Shown here in pieces: positions 24,327 to 33,334 of a stretch of DNA of 57,483 bases. This DNA comes from a virus. Position 1 is the stretch's first letter. The number at the start of each line of letters is the position of its first letter. Below the pieces are notes generated by a model. The model saw nothing but the letters and a program-made list of their open reading frames with translations, made no database searches and was not told the DNA's origin. The DNA lies in the IMG/VR virus record IMGVR_UViG_3300028840_004876, one strand, 5' to 3'. The translations under genes were made by a program, and so were the position numbers.

Positions 24327-24593
24327 ATGACCAAGAACGCGACCGCGACCAATGGCAGTGGCTGGTACACCTGGCTGGTGGAGTTCGGGACCGAGAAGAG
24401 CTGCCGGTTCTCGAAGGCCGTTCGCATCCACGAGATGAACACGGTGCACGACGCTGTCCGCGCTGCGGCGCTGCTGCTCGTCCTCGAGAACGGGGCGGCG
24501 CTCGAGCCGACCTTCCGTTTCTGCGTCACGACGGACAGCGGTGTCTGCCTCCGCGGCAACCTGGCCGACGCCGTTCGCGAGAACAAGGTCTAG
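24327..24593 (+). CDS. Hypothetical early protein (88 aa)
   Basis: These are the last 88 codons of the Arg-rich track ORF 23223..24593. ATG 24327 follows gaacaggagacgacg. Confidence 0.6.
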   Translation: MTKNATATNGSGWYTWLVEFGTEKSCRFSKAVRIHEMNTVHDAVRAAALLLVLENGAALEPTFRFCVTTDSGVCLRGNLADAVRENKV

Positions 24594-24603
24594 CACGCCG
24601 GAC

Positions 24604-24632
24604 GCCGGGCGCCTCCACGAGGGGCGCCCGGC
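24604..24632 (+). terminator. Hairpin terminator, identical stem-loop to 20508..20536
   Basis: gccgggcgcc-tccacgagg-ggcgcccggc. Confidence 0.55.
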
Positions 24633-24658
24633 AAACTGAGAAACTTTGAAAAGAGTAG

Positions 24659-24687
24659 TGGACGGGGCGCACCACGAACGCTAGAAT
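24659..24687 (+). promoter_or_regulatory. Early promoter P4: TGGACG, 17-nt spacer, TAGAAT
   Basis: The conserved leader aacagtcgattgaaaccacgggccgtacagaaccgaacaggag follows. Confidence 0.7.
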
Positions 24688-24740
24688 TCGAACAGTCGAT
24701 TGAAACCACGGGCCGTACAGAACCGAACAGGAGCAGACCG

Positions 24741-25262
24741 ATGACCACGAACACCGCCAACCTCAGCAACATCCGCCTCAGCAAGACCTACCTCCGCAGC
24801 CTCGACATCCTCGTCGAGAACGGGACGATCACCGAGGACAAGCGGGCCGAGCTCGTTGCCGACGAGGTGAGCCGCCTCGAGCTGCGCGCCTCGCGCCTCG
24901 ACAGCTACGACGCGCCGCTCGAGCGGGTCGTCGAGGAGGAGCTCGAGCGCGCCCTCGAGATGGCGCGGCTCGACGCCGAGGCCACCAAGCAGGGCGGCGG
25001 CGCCCGCGAGCACATCGACCACGCGTGGTCGCGCCGCTGGTTCACCCTCGCGCAGATGCGCCGCTGGATCGTCGAGCTCGCCGCGACGCGCAACGGCCTC
25101 GACGGCTTCGACTTCCTCAGCGTCCGCGACCAGACGAACCGGGTCGGCAAGGCGCTCGACGCGCTGGTCCGCGCCGGGAAGGCCGAGATGGCGTACGGTC
25201 CGGGCGAGCGCAAGGGCGAGGTCAAGACCTGGGCGGCCTTCGACGCGGACGTCGAGGCCTAG
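24741..25262 (+). CDS. Hypothetical early protein (173 aa)
   Basis: ATG follows gaacaggagcagaccg, behind P4. Confidence 0.6.
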   Translation: MTTNTANLSNIRLSKTYLRSLDILVENGTITEDKRAELVADEVSRLELRASRLDSYDAPLERVVEEELERALEMARLDAEATKQGGGAREHIDHAWSRRWFTLAQMRRWIVELAATRNGLDGFDFLSVRDQTNRVGKALDALVRAGKAEMAYGPGERKGEVKTWAAFDADVEA

Positions 25263-25276
25263 AACGGAACGCTCAC

Positions 25277-25301
25277 GCGGGGCGCCCACGCGGCGCCCCG
25301 C
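25277..25301 (+). terminator. GC hairpin gcggggcgcc-cacgc-ggcgccccgc
   Basis: 10-bp stem with a 5-nt loop, immediately after stop 25262. Confidence 0.5.
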
Positions 25302-25323
25302 CGGCAAGGAACAGGAGACGATC

Positions 25324-25848
25324 ATGACCACCTTCGAGCAGCTCACTCGCATGTGCCGCGACGCGAAGCTTCACGACTGGAACGGCCTCACCGAGGAGGT
25401 GAACGGCGTCTCGGTCACGGCTCTCTTCGGGCCGGGCGGCCTCTACGTCTCGGTGGACGGGTCGGCGTTCGCCGTCGCTCGCGACGAGCGTCACGCGCGG
25501 CTCATCGCGTTCGTCAACGTCATGCGAATCGTGAGCGCGACGCGCCGCACCACCACGCGCCTGCGTCGGTCGGACGACAACCTGAGCCGCGCGCTCAGCG
25601 ACATCTTCCGCAACACCCGCGAGTACCTGGAGATGGACGAGCGCGACTCGGAGTTCGGGCGCAGCGTCTCGCATCATGGGACCGCCCGCTACGAGGCGCG
25701 CGTCATCGCCGGCACGTACGGCTTCGACTCGCTCGGTGTGCTCATCGTCGAGGCCGAGGAGCGGACCTCGAGCAAGTGGGTTCACTTCACGGACGAGCTC
25801 GCGTACCTCCAGGTCGTCGAGGCGCACTGCGCTCCGAGGCTGTCATGA
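25324..25848 (+). CDS. Hypothetical protein (174 aa)
   Basis: ATG follows ggaacaggagacgatc. Confidence 0.6.
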   Translation: MTTFEQLTRMCRDAKLHDWNGLTEEVNGVSVTALFGPGGLYVSVDGSAFAVARDERHARLIAFVNVMRIVSATRRTTTRLRRSDDNLSRALSDIFRNTREYLEMDERDSEFGRSVSHHGTARYEARVIAGTYGFDSLGVLIVEAEERTSSKWVHFTDELAYLQVVEAHCAPRLS

Positions 25849-26036
25849 TCCTCTCCGTCGCAACACGCTGCGCATGCGGTCGGCAGCTCGCGCGGATCGA
25901 CGTGGGCGAGCACGCGCCCGCCCACGTGCGTCGTACCTGCCGTGGTTGCCGGACCCGCTGGGCGGTAGCCGTCCACCCGCTGGGCCCCGTCACCGGCGGG
26001 TTCGCTCACCGAGCCGACCTGGTGAGGCTGTCATGA
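25845..26036 (+). CDS. Small zinc-ribbon protein (63 aa)
   Basis: ATGA overlap with the upstream stop. CACG...CRGC forms a four-Cys arrangement. Confidence 0.5.
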   Translation: MILSVATRCACGRQLARIDVGEHAPAHVRRTCRGCRTRWAVAVHPLGPVTGGFAHRADLVRLS

Positions 26037-26428
26037 GCGCGCGCGACTACGACGACCTGGTCTCGCTCGTGCGGACGCACCTCGAGCCGCAGCACTGCTA
26101 CGCGACGCGCCTCAACTTCACGGCCGACGCGTGGCTCGTCGAGGCGGTGATCGCGGGCGTCGGCGAGTCGGTGTTCGTCGCCGTCGACCGACGCACCGGC
26201 CTCATGCGGACGGTGAGTCGGCGCGACTTCGAGTTGGGCGTCGTGACGTGTTGCGAGGAGCTGGCGCACTGGCTCGTCGCCGGGAAGGTCGAGACCGACG
26301 CCGACGGCAGGTGGCAGGTCGTCGGCTGCTGTGGCAGCTGCTACGTCCTGGCCATCGACCACTGCCCTGGCTGCGGACAGCCCCTGGGTCGTCCTTCCTC
26401 GTCGGGCACCGAGGTGTCCGATGAATAG
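26033..26428 (+). CDS. Hypothetical protein with a C-terminal Cys cluster (131 aa)
   Basis: ATGA overlap with the upstream stop. GCCGSCYVLAIDHCPGCG. Confidence 0.5.
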   Translation: MSARDYDDLVSLVRTHLEPQHCYATRLNFTADAWLVEAVIAGVGESVFVAVDRRTGLMRTVSRRDFELGVVTCCEELAHWLVAGKVETDADGRWQVVGCCGSCYVLAIDHCPGCGQPLGRPSSSGTEVSDE

Positions 26429-26534
26429 CATGGCCCTCCTCGCCCTGGCCCTCATGGCTGTCACAGGGGTCGGTGCCGTGGTCGAGCTCGTGATGGAACT
26501 CGTCGAGAGATTTTTTGAGAACTGCCGGAAATAG
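26421..26534 (+). CDS. Possible small membrane protein (37 aa)
   Basis: MNSMALLALALMAVTGVGAVV is a hydrophobic stretch. It overlaps the upstream gene by 8 nt. Weak call. Confidence 0.3.
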   Translation: MNSMALLALALMAVTGVGAVVELVMELVERFFENCRK

Positions 26535-26537
26535 AAG

Positions 26538-26566
26538 TGTACCGGGCGACGCGGTCTCGGTATAAT
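26538..26566 (+). promoter_or_regulatory. Putative promoter: TGTACC, 17-nt spacer, TATAAT
   Basis: Consensus -10 box and the same -35 type as the promoter at 7053. Confidence 0.55.
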
Positions 26567-26656
26567 GTACGCATGACAAGTGAACGCGGACGGGACGGCG
26601 CGGGCAAGAGACCCGCGGCCCTCCGCAGGAAGACGCAGAGAGTGAGGAGACGTGAC

Positions 26657-27130
26657 ATGGCCCGCAAGAGCACGAAGAAGGACGAGACGGTCAAGGTCGG
26701 CAAGGCGAAGCCCGAGGCCACCGAGGTCGAGAAGAAGGAGAAGCCGGCGAAGACCGAGTTCCCCTTCGCGGACGCCACCGACGAGAAGGGCGCGGCGATC
26801 GCGCTCGAGACCATCGGCGAGGACGACGAGGCCCGCGAGGTCCTCACCGCCGTCCCGTTCAACTGGACGCCGGACCACGAGAACCTCGGCCGGAAGGACT
26901 TCAAGGACCGCGCCACCTTCCTCCGCTTCCAGGCCCGCAAGGTCGACCTGAGCATCGACAAGATGAAGCTCCGGAAGGACGACCTGCTCGCGAAGGCCGA
27001 GGAGGCCGAGAAGGGCGTCGACCCGACCCAGAAGAAGATCCGGCGCGCCGAGCGCCTCAAGGCGCAGCTCGCCGCGCTCGAGGCCGAGCTCGAGGCCGAG
27101 GGCATCGAGCTGGACGAGGACGAGGACTAG
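26657..27130 (+). CDS. Highly charged Lys/Glu-rich protein (157 aa)
   Basis: The start was moved to ATG 26657, which follows gtgaggagacgtgac. The C-terminus is EAEGIELDEDED. Confidence 0.55.
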   Translation: MARKSTKKDETVKVGKAKPEATEVEKKEKPAKTEFPFADATDEKGAAIALETIGEDDEAREVLTAVPFNWTPDHENLGRKDFKDRATFLRFQARKVDLSIDKMKLRKDDLLAKAEEAEKGVDPTQKKIRRAERLKAQLAALEAELEAEGIELDEDED

Positions 27131-27149
27131 CCTCGCTCACCGGTACCAC

Positions 27150-27179
27150 GCGGCCCGGCGGGTTCACTCGCCGGGCCGC
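27150..27179 (+). terminator. Hairpin gcggcccggcg-ggttcact-cgccgggccgc
   Basis: 11-bp perfect stem after stop 27130. Confidence 0.55.
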
Positions 27180-27213
27180 ACCTTCCTGGGGTCGAACAGC
27201 GATAGGAGATGTG

Positions 27214-27786
27214 ATGAGCCGACGGGGTAGAGACTTGACCGCTCTCGAGGATGCGCGCGAGGACCTCCGGGTGTTCAACGCGCTGCGCCTTCACTACACG
27301 AGAGCGCGTGACACGGAGAACCGGCCGCAGATCTCGGCGCTCATGCGAGAGATCTCGCGGCTCTTCGGGGAGGTCGAGCGCCTTCGCGACGAGGTGCGCC
27401 GCGCCGCCGACGAGGTGCCGAGGTACGAGGCGAAGGTCGCGGACCAGGCGAGCATCGTCCGGCAGCTCGAGCGCGACCCGCGCGCCGTCGTGTACCGCCG
27501 CGGCGGGAAGACGCGCGTGGCGAAGGGCGACTCGCGCAAGGCCAAGGCGCTGCGCCTGAGGCGCCAGCTCCGGAAGCTCGAGCTCGAGCTCGCCGCTGAG
27601 AACGCGGAGGCCTTCGAGCTGGGCGACACGGTCGAGGCCGAGGGCATCGTCGCCGAGTCGCGCGAGCAGGGCTGGTACTGGCACGGCATCGAGGGCGGGG
27701 CGGTCGAGGGTCCGTTCGAGTCCGCGTACGAAGCGCTGCGCGCGGGCGGCGTCTCGACGGGCGCAGCAACGCGAGCGGTCCGATGA
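27214..27786 (+). CDS. Coiled-coil protein (190 aa)
   Basis: ATG follows ataggagatgtg. The sequence is rich in heptad-like, charged segments. Confidence 0.55.
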   Translation: MSRRGRDLTALEDAREDLRVFNALRLHYTRARDTENRPQISALMREISRLFGEVERLRDEVRRAADEVPRYEAKVADQASIVRQLERDPRAVVYRRGGKTRVAKGDSRKAKALRLRRQLRKLELELAAENAEAFELGDTVEAEGIVAESREQGWYWHGIEGGAVEGPFESAYEALRAGGVSTGAATRAVR

Positions 27787-28379
27787 CCCGCAAGGAACGA
27801 CTCATGGCGCTGGCACTGGAGGAGCGGGCGCGTATCGCCCGCCTCCTCCGGGAGCACGGGCTCAAGCGCCTCGCCGCCCGCGTCGCGAACACCGAGTTCG
27901 CGTGGGACGAGCACCGCACGCACGCGGGCCACGCGTGGCACAACATGTCGCCCGCGGTCGCTGTGATGCGTGGCGCGGCAGAGGACCCGTCCTACTCGCC
28001 CGAGGGGCTCGCGAATCTTCGGGAGCGCATGCGCTCCTTCGAGGACCCGCCGGATCGCCCCGTCGTGACGCTGAGTTGGGCGATCTTCGCGCTGCATCGG
28101 AACGAGCACGGTCTCGTCCCGACCGTGGCTCATGAGCTGGCGCACATCGCCCGCCTCCGCAACGGGCACGACAAGCGGTGGCGACGGCTCGACGTGTTCT
28201 TCGGCGGGACTGGCAAGAGGCTGCATACCCTGGCCGTGGGGCCACGCCTGCCATCGACGCGGGTGATGAGTCGAATGACGCCACAGGGTAGGCTGTGGGC
28301 CCGTAGACAGCTGCTCCTGGCCATCCACGTGCTCGAGCGTATGATCGAGGGGGAGACCGTCGATGAATCTGCTACCTAG
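27783..28379 (+). CDS. SprT-like / DUF45-like zinc metalloprotease
   Basis: ATGA overlap with the upstream stop. VAHELAHIARLRNGHDKRW matches HExxH-x6-GH. Confidence 0.6.
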   Translation: MTRKERLMALALEERARIARLLREHGLKRLAARVANTEFAWDEHRTHAGHAWHNMSPAVAVMRGAAEDPSYSPEGLANLRERMRSFEDPPDRPVVTLSWAIFALHRNEHGLVPTVAHELAHIARLRNGHDKRWRRLDVFFGGTGKRLHTLAVGPRLPSTRVMSRMTPQGRLWARRQLLLAIHVLERMIEGETVDESAT

Positions 28380-29199
28380 CCACAACACTCTCGTCGCGTC
28401 CGTCCCTCCCGTGGCCACGTGGCGGCCCGACGACGAGCCGCCACGCTGGCTCTACGCCGAGCAGAAGCTCGACGGGCGTCGCATGCTGCTCACGAAGACC
28501 GGAGCGAACGAGATCGCGCTCAGGGGTCGCAAGAGCTACATCGACCACTGGCCGTCCGCGCGTCGTCTGGACGGTCTCACGTACGCGACGGACCGGATGC
28601 CGCTCGAGTCGGCGCTGGTGTGTGAGGCCCACATACCCGGAGTCAATCGCAGCGGCGACGTCCCGGCAGCGATCGCGAGCGGCGAAGGCTGGCAGCTCAC
28701 GCCGCTCGCGCCGCTGTTCTGGGACGGGAAGCTCACCATCGCGTCGAAGCTCATGAGCTGGCGCAAGCGCATGGCCGACCTCGGCCTCGAGTGCCCACGC
28801 GTCGCGCCGCGTCTGGCCACGCGCGAGCAGCTGCTCGAGTTCGCGAACGACCACGGGTGGGAAGGCGTCGTGCTCAAGCTCGGAGTTTGCTTCGGCTGGA
28901 CCAAGCTCAAGCCCACGCTCACGGCGGACCTCGTGGTGCTCAGCACGTACGAGCACGATCACGGCGGGCTGCTCGGCGGCCTCGTCTGCGGCATCGGCGA
29001 CGCTGAGATCGTGCGCGTGGGATCGGGCTTCACGCTCGAGGACCGCAAGGCTCTCTGGAAGGTGCGCACCGGTCTCGTCGGCCAGGTGTGCGAGATCGCG
29101 TACGAGCGACGCGCCGCCGCTGGCTCGCTGCTCTTTCCGAGGTTCATGCGCTGGCGTGACGACAAGAGCGCCAGCGAGTGTGACGGGAGGGACCTGTGA
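28363..29199 (+). CDS. ATP-dependent DNA ligase (minimal type)
   Basis: AEQKLDGRRMLL (KxDGxR, motif I), LVCEAH (III), WEGVVLK (IV), WTKLKP (V). Confidence 0.85.
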   Translation: MNLLPSHNTLVASVPPVATWRPDDEPPRWLYAEQKLDGRRMLLTKTGANEIALRGRKSYIDHWPSARRLDGLTYATDRMPLESALVCEAHIPGVNRSGDVPAAIASGEGWQLTPLAPLFWDGKLTIASKLMSWRKRMADLGLECPRVAPRLATREQLLEFANDHGWEGVVLKLGVCFGWTKLKPTLTADLVVLSTYEHDHGGLLGGLVCGIGDAEIVRVGSGFTLEDRKALWKVRTGLVGQVCEIAYERRAAAGSLLFPRFMRWRDDKSASECDGRDL

Positions 29200-29513
29200 T
29201 CACTCACGCCTGCTACATCCTGGCGCTGCTCATCCTCGCGACGCTGTATCGCATGCGGGTGAAGAGGCACCAGCGACTCCAACGTCAGTGCCTGGAGGAG
29301 AGCCAGCGGTACCACGAGTACGTCGCGGTGCTGACGGGCGGCGAAGACCGGGACCGTGTTACGAAGGTGCGCGCGTCGCTGCCGGCGTACGTACAGGTTC
29401 CTCGCGTTTGCTCGCGTAACGCTGAGGACGAGGCGTGGCTCGCCGCTAAAGACCTGAAGCTCGCCGCTGATCACTACTCCATCGACCGCATCGTGTACAT
29501 CAAGGAGGACTGA
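29196..29513 (+). CDS. Membrane-anchored hypothetical protein (105 aa)
   Basis: GTGA overlap with the upstream stop. The N-terminal TM segment is ITHACYILALLILATLY. Confidence 0.5.
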   Translation: MITHACYILALLILATLYRMRVKRHQRLQRQCLEESQRYHEYVAVLTGGEDRDRVTKVRASLPAYVQVPRVCSRNAEDEAWLAAKDLKLAADHYSIDRIVYIKED

Positions 29514-29515
29514 GC

Positions 29516-29767
29516 ATGCTCGAGATCCAGCTGGGCAACGGGACCGTACTCGTCGGGATCGCTGTCTCGAAGGACCACGGGCCGTGCATCACCTTCACCG
29601 AGATCCCGGTGCCGTGCGCCATCGGTGAAGAGATACCCACGAGCGGCCCGCTCGGCGAGCACGCGGCCCGGATCTACATCTCTGATACTCGGAGTTGCGA
29701 CGTCATGATACAGGTCGCGAAGAAGCTGCGCCACGTCTTGGAGGAGCTCGATGAACGATCTGTGTGA
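29516..29767 (+). CDS. Hypothetical protein (83 aa)
   Basis: The ATG lies directly after the upstream stop, on the coding strand. Confidence 0.5.
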   Translation: MLEIQLGNGTVLVGIAVSKDHGPCITFTEIPVPCAIGEEIPTSGPLGEHAARIYISDTRSCDVMIQVAKKLRHVLEELDERSV

Positions 29768-30113
29768 CGCCCTCGCGACGGAGGTTCTTGGCTGGCATGA
29801 GCGCCACACCATGTGGTGGCGACTCGGCTCGCCGACGGGCCTCCATCGCGCCACGGGCGCTGCGCAGATTCCGCAGCGTGGGTTCTTCCGACCGGACATG
29901 AACCTGCTGCACCTTCAGATCTGCCTCGCCCGTTTGAAGGACGACGGGTGCGAGTTCTCGCATGGCTGGTCTAACATGAGGTACGCGTATCGCATCGACT
30001 TCGAAGACACGCGAGCCGAGCTGACGGTCGACGTCGAGGAGCTGCTCAGCGGCGAGACCATCGAAGCGGCCGCCCGCGTCGCGCTCGCGATGTGGAGGGA
30101 ACTGCATGGGTAA
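29751..30113 (+). CDS. Hypothetical protein (120 aa)
   Basis: 17-nt overlap with the upstream gene. ATEVLGWHE has a pattern reminiscent of phage ABA-sandwich domain proteins, which is a weak resemblance. Confidence 0.45.
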   Translation: MNDLCDALATEVLGWHERHTMWWRLGSPTGLHRATGAAQIPQRGFFRPDMNLLHLQICLARLKDDGCEFSHGWSNMRYAYRIDFEDTRAELTVDVEELLSGETIEAAARVALAMWRELHG

Positions 30114-30330
30114 GCTGCATATTCGGAAGCAAGGCGAGCCGCAGCCCACCGAGGCTTATCTCGTCGAGGCTTTCGTGCCGGGTCTCGGCACGCGGCTCGT
30201 CACCGTTCATGACAGGCCGTACAAGCCGCACTCATCGTACCGCGCCGCGACCGTGGGTCGTGGGCGGAACATCAAGTACGGGTACGTCATCTACGGCGGG
30301 GCGCCTGGCGCCACGTTCGTCCAGTGCTAG
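30106..30330 (+). CDS. Hypothetical protein (74 aa)
   Basis: 8-nt overlap with the upstream gene. The composition is more protein-like than the overlapping Arg/Ser-rich frame of track ORF 30092. Confidence 0.45.
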   Translation: MGKLHIRKQGEPQPTEAYLVEAFVPGLGTRLVTVHDRPYKPHSSYRAATVGRGRNIKYGYVIYGGAPGATFVQC

Positions 30331-30415
30331 AGCTCTTCGTCGCACTCGTAGGCGGGCTCATCGGGTTTGTACTCGGAGTTCGCGCGGCGAGGATGGATCG
30401 AGAGAGGAGGAAGTG

Positions 30416-31441
30416 ATGAGCTGTACCTACTACTGTGACGGGTGTGGGAAGAAGCTCGGTTCGCACGTCGAGGGCGTGCTGAAGGCCGAGCACCGCACTC
30501 GCAACGGGCGCACCCTTTCCGTGTTCGTTCAGCCACAGCTGGTCAACGGCGAGCACTGGTGCCACGACTGCCAGCGCGCGGCCATCGCGTCCACGGGAGA
30601 CGGGCGCAAGCAGCCGATGGCAGAGCGTGTCGACCTGCCCGTGGTTGAGAAGCGCGGCGAGGAGCTGCCGCTGTCGCGGTATCGCAACAGCGACTGGCGC
30701 GTGAGCGTGATCAACGACATCATGAATAGCGCTGCCGACGCTGCGCCGCAGTACGGCATCGACAAGATGATCGCGCTCGAGTTGCGGGAGCGCGCGCAGC
30801 TCGCGTTGCTCGACGCGTGGGTCGCGGGCGTCAGACATCAGCTCTCGCTTCGCGATGACTTCGGCGCCGACGAGAAAGCGTACGCCGGTGAGGCGCTTCA
30901 CGAGCTCGCGAGGGTCGTCACGGGTCAGATCACCGACGTCAAGGCTGCGCTGAAGGGCGCGTACAACACCGGACTCGGAGTCGGCGTCAGGCGCAACTAC
31001 AACGATCTCGAGGCTGCGCGCGAGCAGCGGAACAAGTACAAGGAACGGCGCGACGCCGTGTACCGGGTGTTCCGCAGTGTCATCGCCGCGCTCGGCTTCG
31101 AGGACATGCCCGTCGAGACGCTTCACGCGGTACAGCTGGACCAGTGGCTGGCGCGAAGCGAGCCGCGTCTTCGCGAGCTGGTCGAGACCCGTGATAGGCT
31201 GCGCTCGGCGAATCGCACCCTCAGTCGTCGTCGGCGTGAGCGCGACGCCGCGGTCGAGGACCTCAGCACCGTCGCGAGGATCATCGAGTGCGAAGACCAG
31301 CAGCACATCATCGAGCGGGCGCGCCAGCTGCGGTCTGCGAAGTCGACGGCGTGGGACATGCTCAGCACGCTGCGAACGAAGATTCAGCATGGCGCGCCGC
31401 GCGATCAGCTGCTCGAGAACATCGCCGAGGTGCTCGGATGA
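30416..31441 (+). CDS. Zinc-ribbon plus coiled-coil protein (341 aa)
   Basis: The start was moved to ATG 30416, which follows gagagaggaggaagtg. CDGCGKK...CHDC. Confidence 0.55.
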   Translation: MSCTYYCDGCGKKLGSHVEGVLKAEHRTRNGRTLSVFVQPQLVNGEHWCHDCQRAAIASTGDGRKQPMAERVDLPVVEKRGEELPLSRYRNSDWRVSVINDIMNSAADAAPQYGIDKMIALELRERAQLALLDAWVAGVRHQLSLRDDFGADEKAYAGEALHELARVVTGQITDVKAALKGAYNTGLGVGVRRNYNDLEAAREQRNKYKERRDAVYRVFRSVIAALGFEDMPVETLHAVQLDQWLARSEPRLRELVETRDRLRSANRTLSRRRRERDAAVEDLSTVARIIECEDQQHIIERARQLRSAKSTAWDMLSTLRTKIQHGAPRDQLLENIAEVLG

Positions 31442-32082
31442 ATGTCATCGAGCCGAGCTACCAGATCGAGTACGTCACCGGCACGGAGTGTGACGATGAC
31501 CCCGTTCAGTCGCCCCTCGCTCTCATCGAGCGCGCGGCCCGTACGTGCTACAAGTCCGAGGCCCGCATCGCGCCCGGTACTGCCGAGAAGCTGACGCGTC
31601 ATCTCATCAAGCGCGGGCATCACGCGATGCTCGAGTTCGGGTTGGTGGTCGTGCGGTTCATCGTCGACCGCGGCGTCAGCCACGAGCTGGTCCGCCACCG
31701 CCTCTGCTCGTTCGCGCAGGAGTCGACGCGCTTCTGTAACTACAGCGGCGGTGTCACGTTCATCCGACCGCCGTGGCTAGACCAGGGCGGTTCCACGTCG
31801 GCAAGTGGTCGCTGGCGGCACGCCATGTCGAGAGCGGAGTCCGACTACCTCGCCTTGCTCCGCGGAGGTTGGACGCCGCAGCAGGCGCGCAGCGTTCTGC
31901 CGAACAGCACGAAGACCGAGATCGTGGTCGGCGCCAACTTCCGTGAGTGGCGAACGATCTTCGGTCTCCGCGTGGCGAAGGCCGCGCACCCGCAGATGCG
32001 GCAGGTCATGGTGCCCTTGCTCGAAGAGGTCAAGACCATCGTTCCCGTTCTCTTCGACGACGTTGAGGTGCCTGATGCTTGA
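31438..32082 (+). CDS. thyX: Flavin-dependent thymidylate synthase ThyX
   Basis: ATGA overlap with the upstream stop. VRHRLCSFAQESTRF is an exact RHRxxSxxxxSxR ThyX signature. Confidence 0.9.
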   Translation: MNVIEPSYQIEYVTGTECDDDPVQSPLALIERAARTCYKSEARIAPGTAEKLTRHLIKRGHHAMLEFGLVVVRFIVDRGVSHELVRHRLCSFAQESTRFCNYSGGVTFIRPPWLDQGGSTSASGRWRHAMSRAESDYLALLRGGWTPQQARSVLPNSTKTEIVVGANFREWRTIFGLRVAKAAHPQMRQVMVPLLEEVKTIVPVLFDDVEVPDA

Positions 32083-32491
32083 TGTTCACGACATCGGCCA
32101 GATGGGCGCCATCGTCGCGACTGCGATGCCTCTGAGTCAGGCGCAGGTGGATCGACTCGGACGTGAGATCCGCGAGGGCTGCCTCATGGTTTGCGACCGC
32201 ATCGTGGTCGATGGGCCGGACGGCGTGCGTGGAGCGACGCTCGAGTTCATCGACAAGACGGTGCTCGCGGGCTTCAAGATCGGTCACCCGATACGTCCGA
32301 GCGACGTGGGGCCTGCGGCCATAGCAGACGCGAGCGCAAAGAGCCACGAGCTGTTCGTGGTCTTCCTACCGGACGCGGACCGCGGGACGCGCGAGTTCGC
32401 AGAGGCGTGGAAGTACTGGTGCCGTCCGTACATTCGCGCAGCGCAGAAGGGTGAGCGCGTGCTGCTATGCGTCGACCGCGACGGCCAGTGA
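32075..32491 (+). CDS. Hypothetical protein (138 aa)
   Basis: 8-nt overlap with thyX. Confidence 0.5.
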   Translation: MLDVHDIGQMGAIVATAMPLSQAQVDRLGREIREGCLMVCDRIVVDGPDGVRGATLEFIDKTVLAGFKIGHPIRPSDVGPAAIADASAKSHELFVVFLPDADRGTREFAEAWKYWCRPYIRAAQKGERVLLCVDRDGQ

Positions 32492-32847
32492 CGCGAGTCG
32501 TTGGCGCCATCGACCCAGACGGTCAGACCTTCGAGGTCGCTGTCGAGATCGAGAAGCCCGACGGGTCGGTGACGATGATGGAGCTCCCGGTGCCTGCGCT
32601 CTACGGCGGCGGATGTTACATCCCGTTCGAGTGGGGCACCGGGAGTGATCGCCTTGCGCAGTACTCGCTGGCGCACGCGATGATCTTCGCTGCGACGGGG
32701 GATGAAGAGCTGGCGTGCGACGCGCGGGTCGGTTTCGCAAATGGTGTCATCGAGCGCATGCCCACCGACACAGGCTGGCGCTTGCGCTTCACGCAGATCG
32801 TAGCTGCCGCGGATCAGTATGCGGCCGAGAGGAGGGACTCGAAGTGA
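32488..32847 (+). CDS. Hypothetical protein (119 aa)
   Basis: GTGA overlap with the upstream stop. Confidence 0.5.
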   Translation: MTRVVGAIDPDGQTFEVAVEIEKPDGSVTMMELPVPALYGGGCYIPFEWGTGSDRLAQYSLAHAMIFAATGDEELACDARVGFANGVIERMPTDTGWRLRFTQIVAAADQYAAERRDSK

Positions 32848-33125
32848 TGTACGTTCTGACGCAGGAAGAGAAAGACCAGCTCGTACCACGTGATCGCCTC
32901 GACTCGCAGACGGCTCGCGCGAATGCGCTCGTCAACGTCGTGCAGCGCCTCATGCGCCGCGGCGACGAGGAGGGCGCGCCGGAGTGGGAGTGCCCGCATG
33001 ACGGCGGCTACGTGTGCGACGAGTGCCCGCTCATCGTGACGCCGGACGGTAAGCATCGGCGGTTCATCGGGACGGGCGGCGCGCGCGTCGAGCTGTGTCA
33101 CCTGGACAAGGAGTTCTCGAAGTGA
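32847..33125 (+). CDS. Hypothetical protein (92 aa)
   Basis: TGATG overlap with the upstream stop. ECPHDGGYVCDECP is a Cys/His cluster. Confidence 0.5.
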   Translation: MYVLTQEEKDQLVPRDRLDSQTARANALVNVVQRLMRRGDEEGAPEWECPHDGGYVCDECPLIVTPDGKHRRFIGTGGARVELCHLDKEFSK

Positions 33126-33334
33126 GGCTCCCGAAGAAGAAGGCCAAGGCGCAGAGCAAGGGCCAGATCATCTGCGCCGTCAACGCAACCGCGCGGTGCG
33201 AGATCGCTGCCGTGACGCCGGACAAGGCGGCGCTGGTCCGCCTCGGATGGAAGAGGTCCTCGCCGGAGGACGGGAAGCACGACACGTGGGCCTGCCCGCA
33301 CTGCTCGAAGATCGTGGAGGTACTCGGACGATGA
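33122..33334 (+). CDS. Small basic zinc-ribbon protein (70 aa)
   Basis: GTGA overlap with the upstream stop. ICAV...ARCE...CPHC. Confidence 0.45.
   Translation: MRLPKKKAKAQSKGQIICAVNATARCEIAAVTPDKAALVRLGWKRSSPEDGKHDTWACPHCSKIVEVLGR

Noticed and set aside
23223-24593. 456-aa + strand ORF overlapping the SDR gene in another frame
   Set aside because: The product is extremely Arg-rich over the part that overlaps 23281..24246, where the other frame has the Rossmann and YxxxK motifs. I kept only the last 88 codons (24327..24593), which sit behind promoter P3 and an RBS. The same reasoning applies to track starts 20994, 25353, 25676, 30092, 31288, 31805, 33196 and 46754.
19925-24743. Repeated ~110-bp units considered as a CRISPR-like or other array
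   Set aside because: The spacing is irregular, from about 400 to about 3,700 bp. Each unit has -35/-10 geometry, an RBS and a downstream gene. They are promoter cassettes, not an array.
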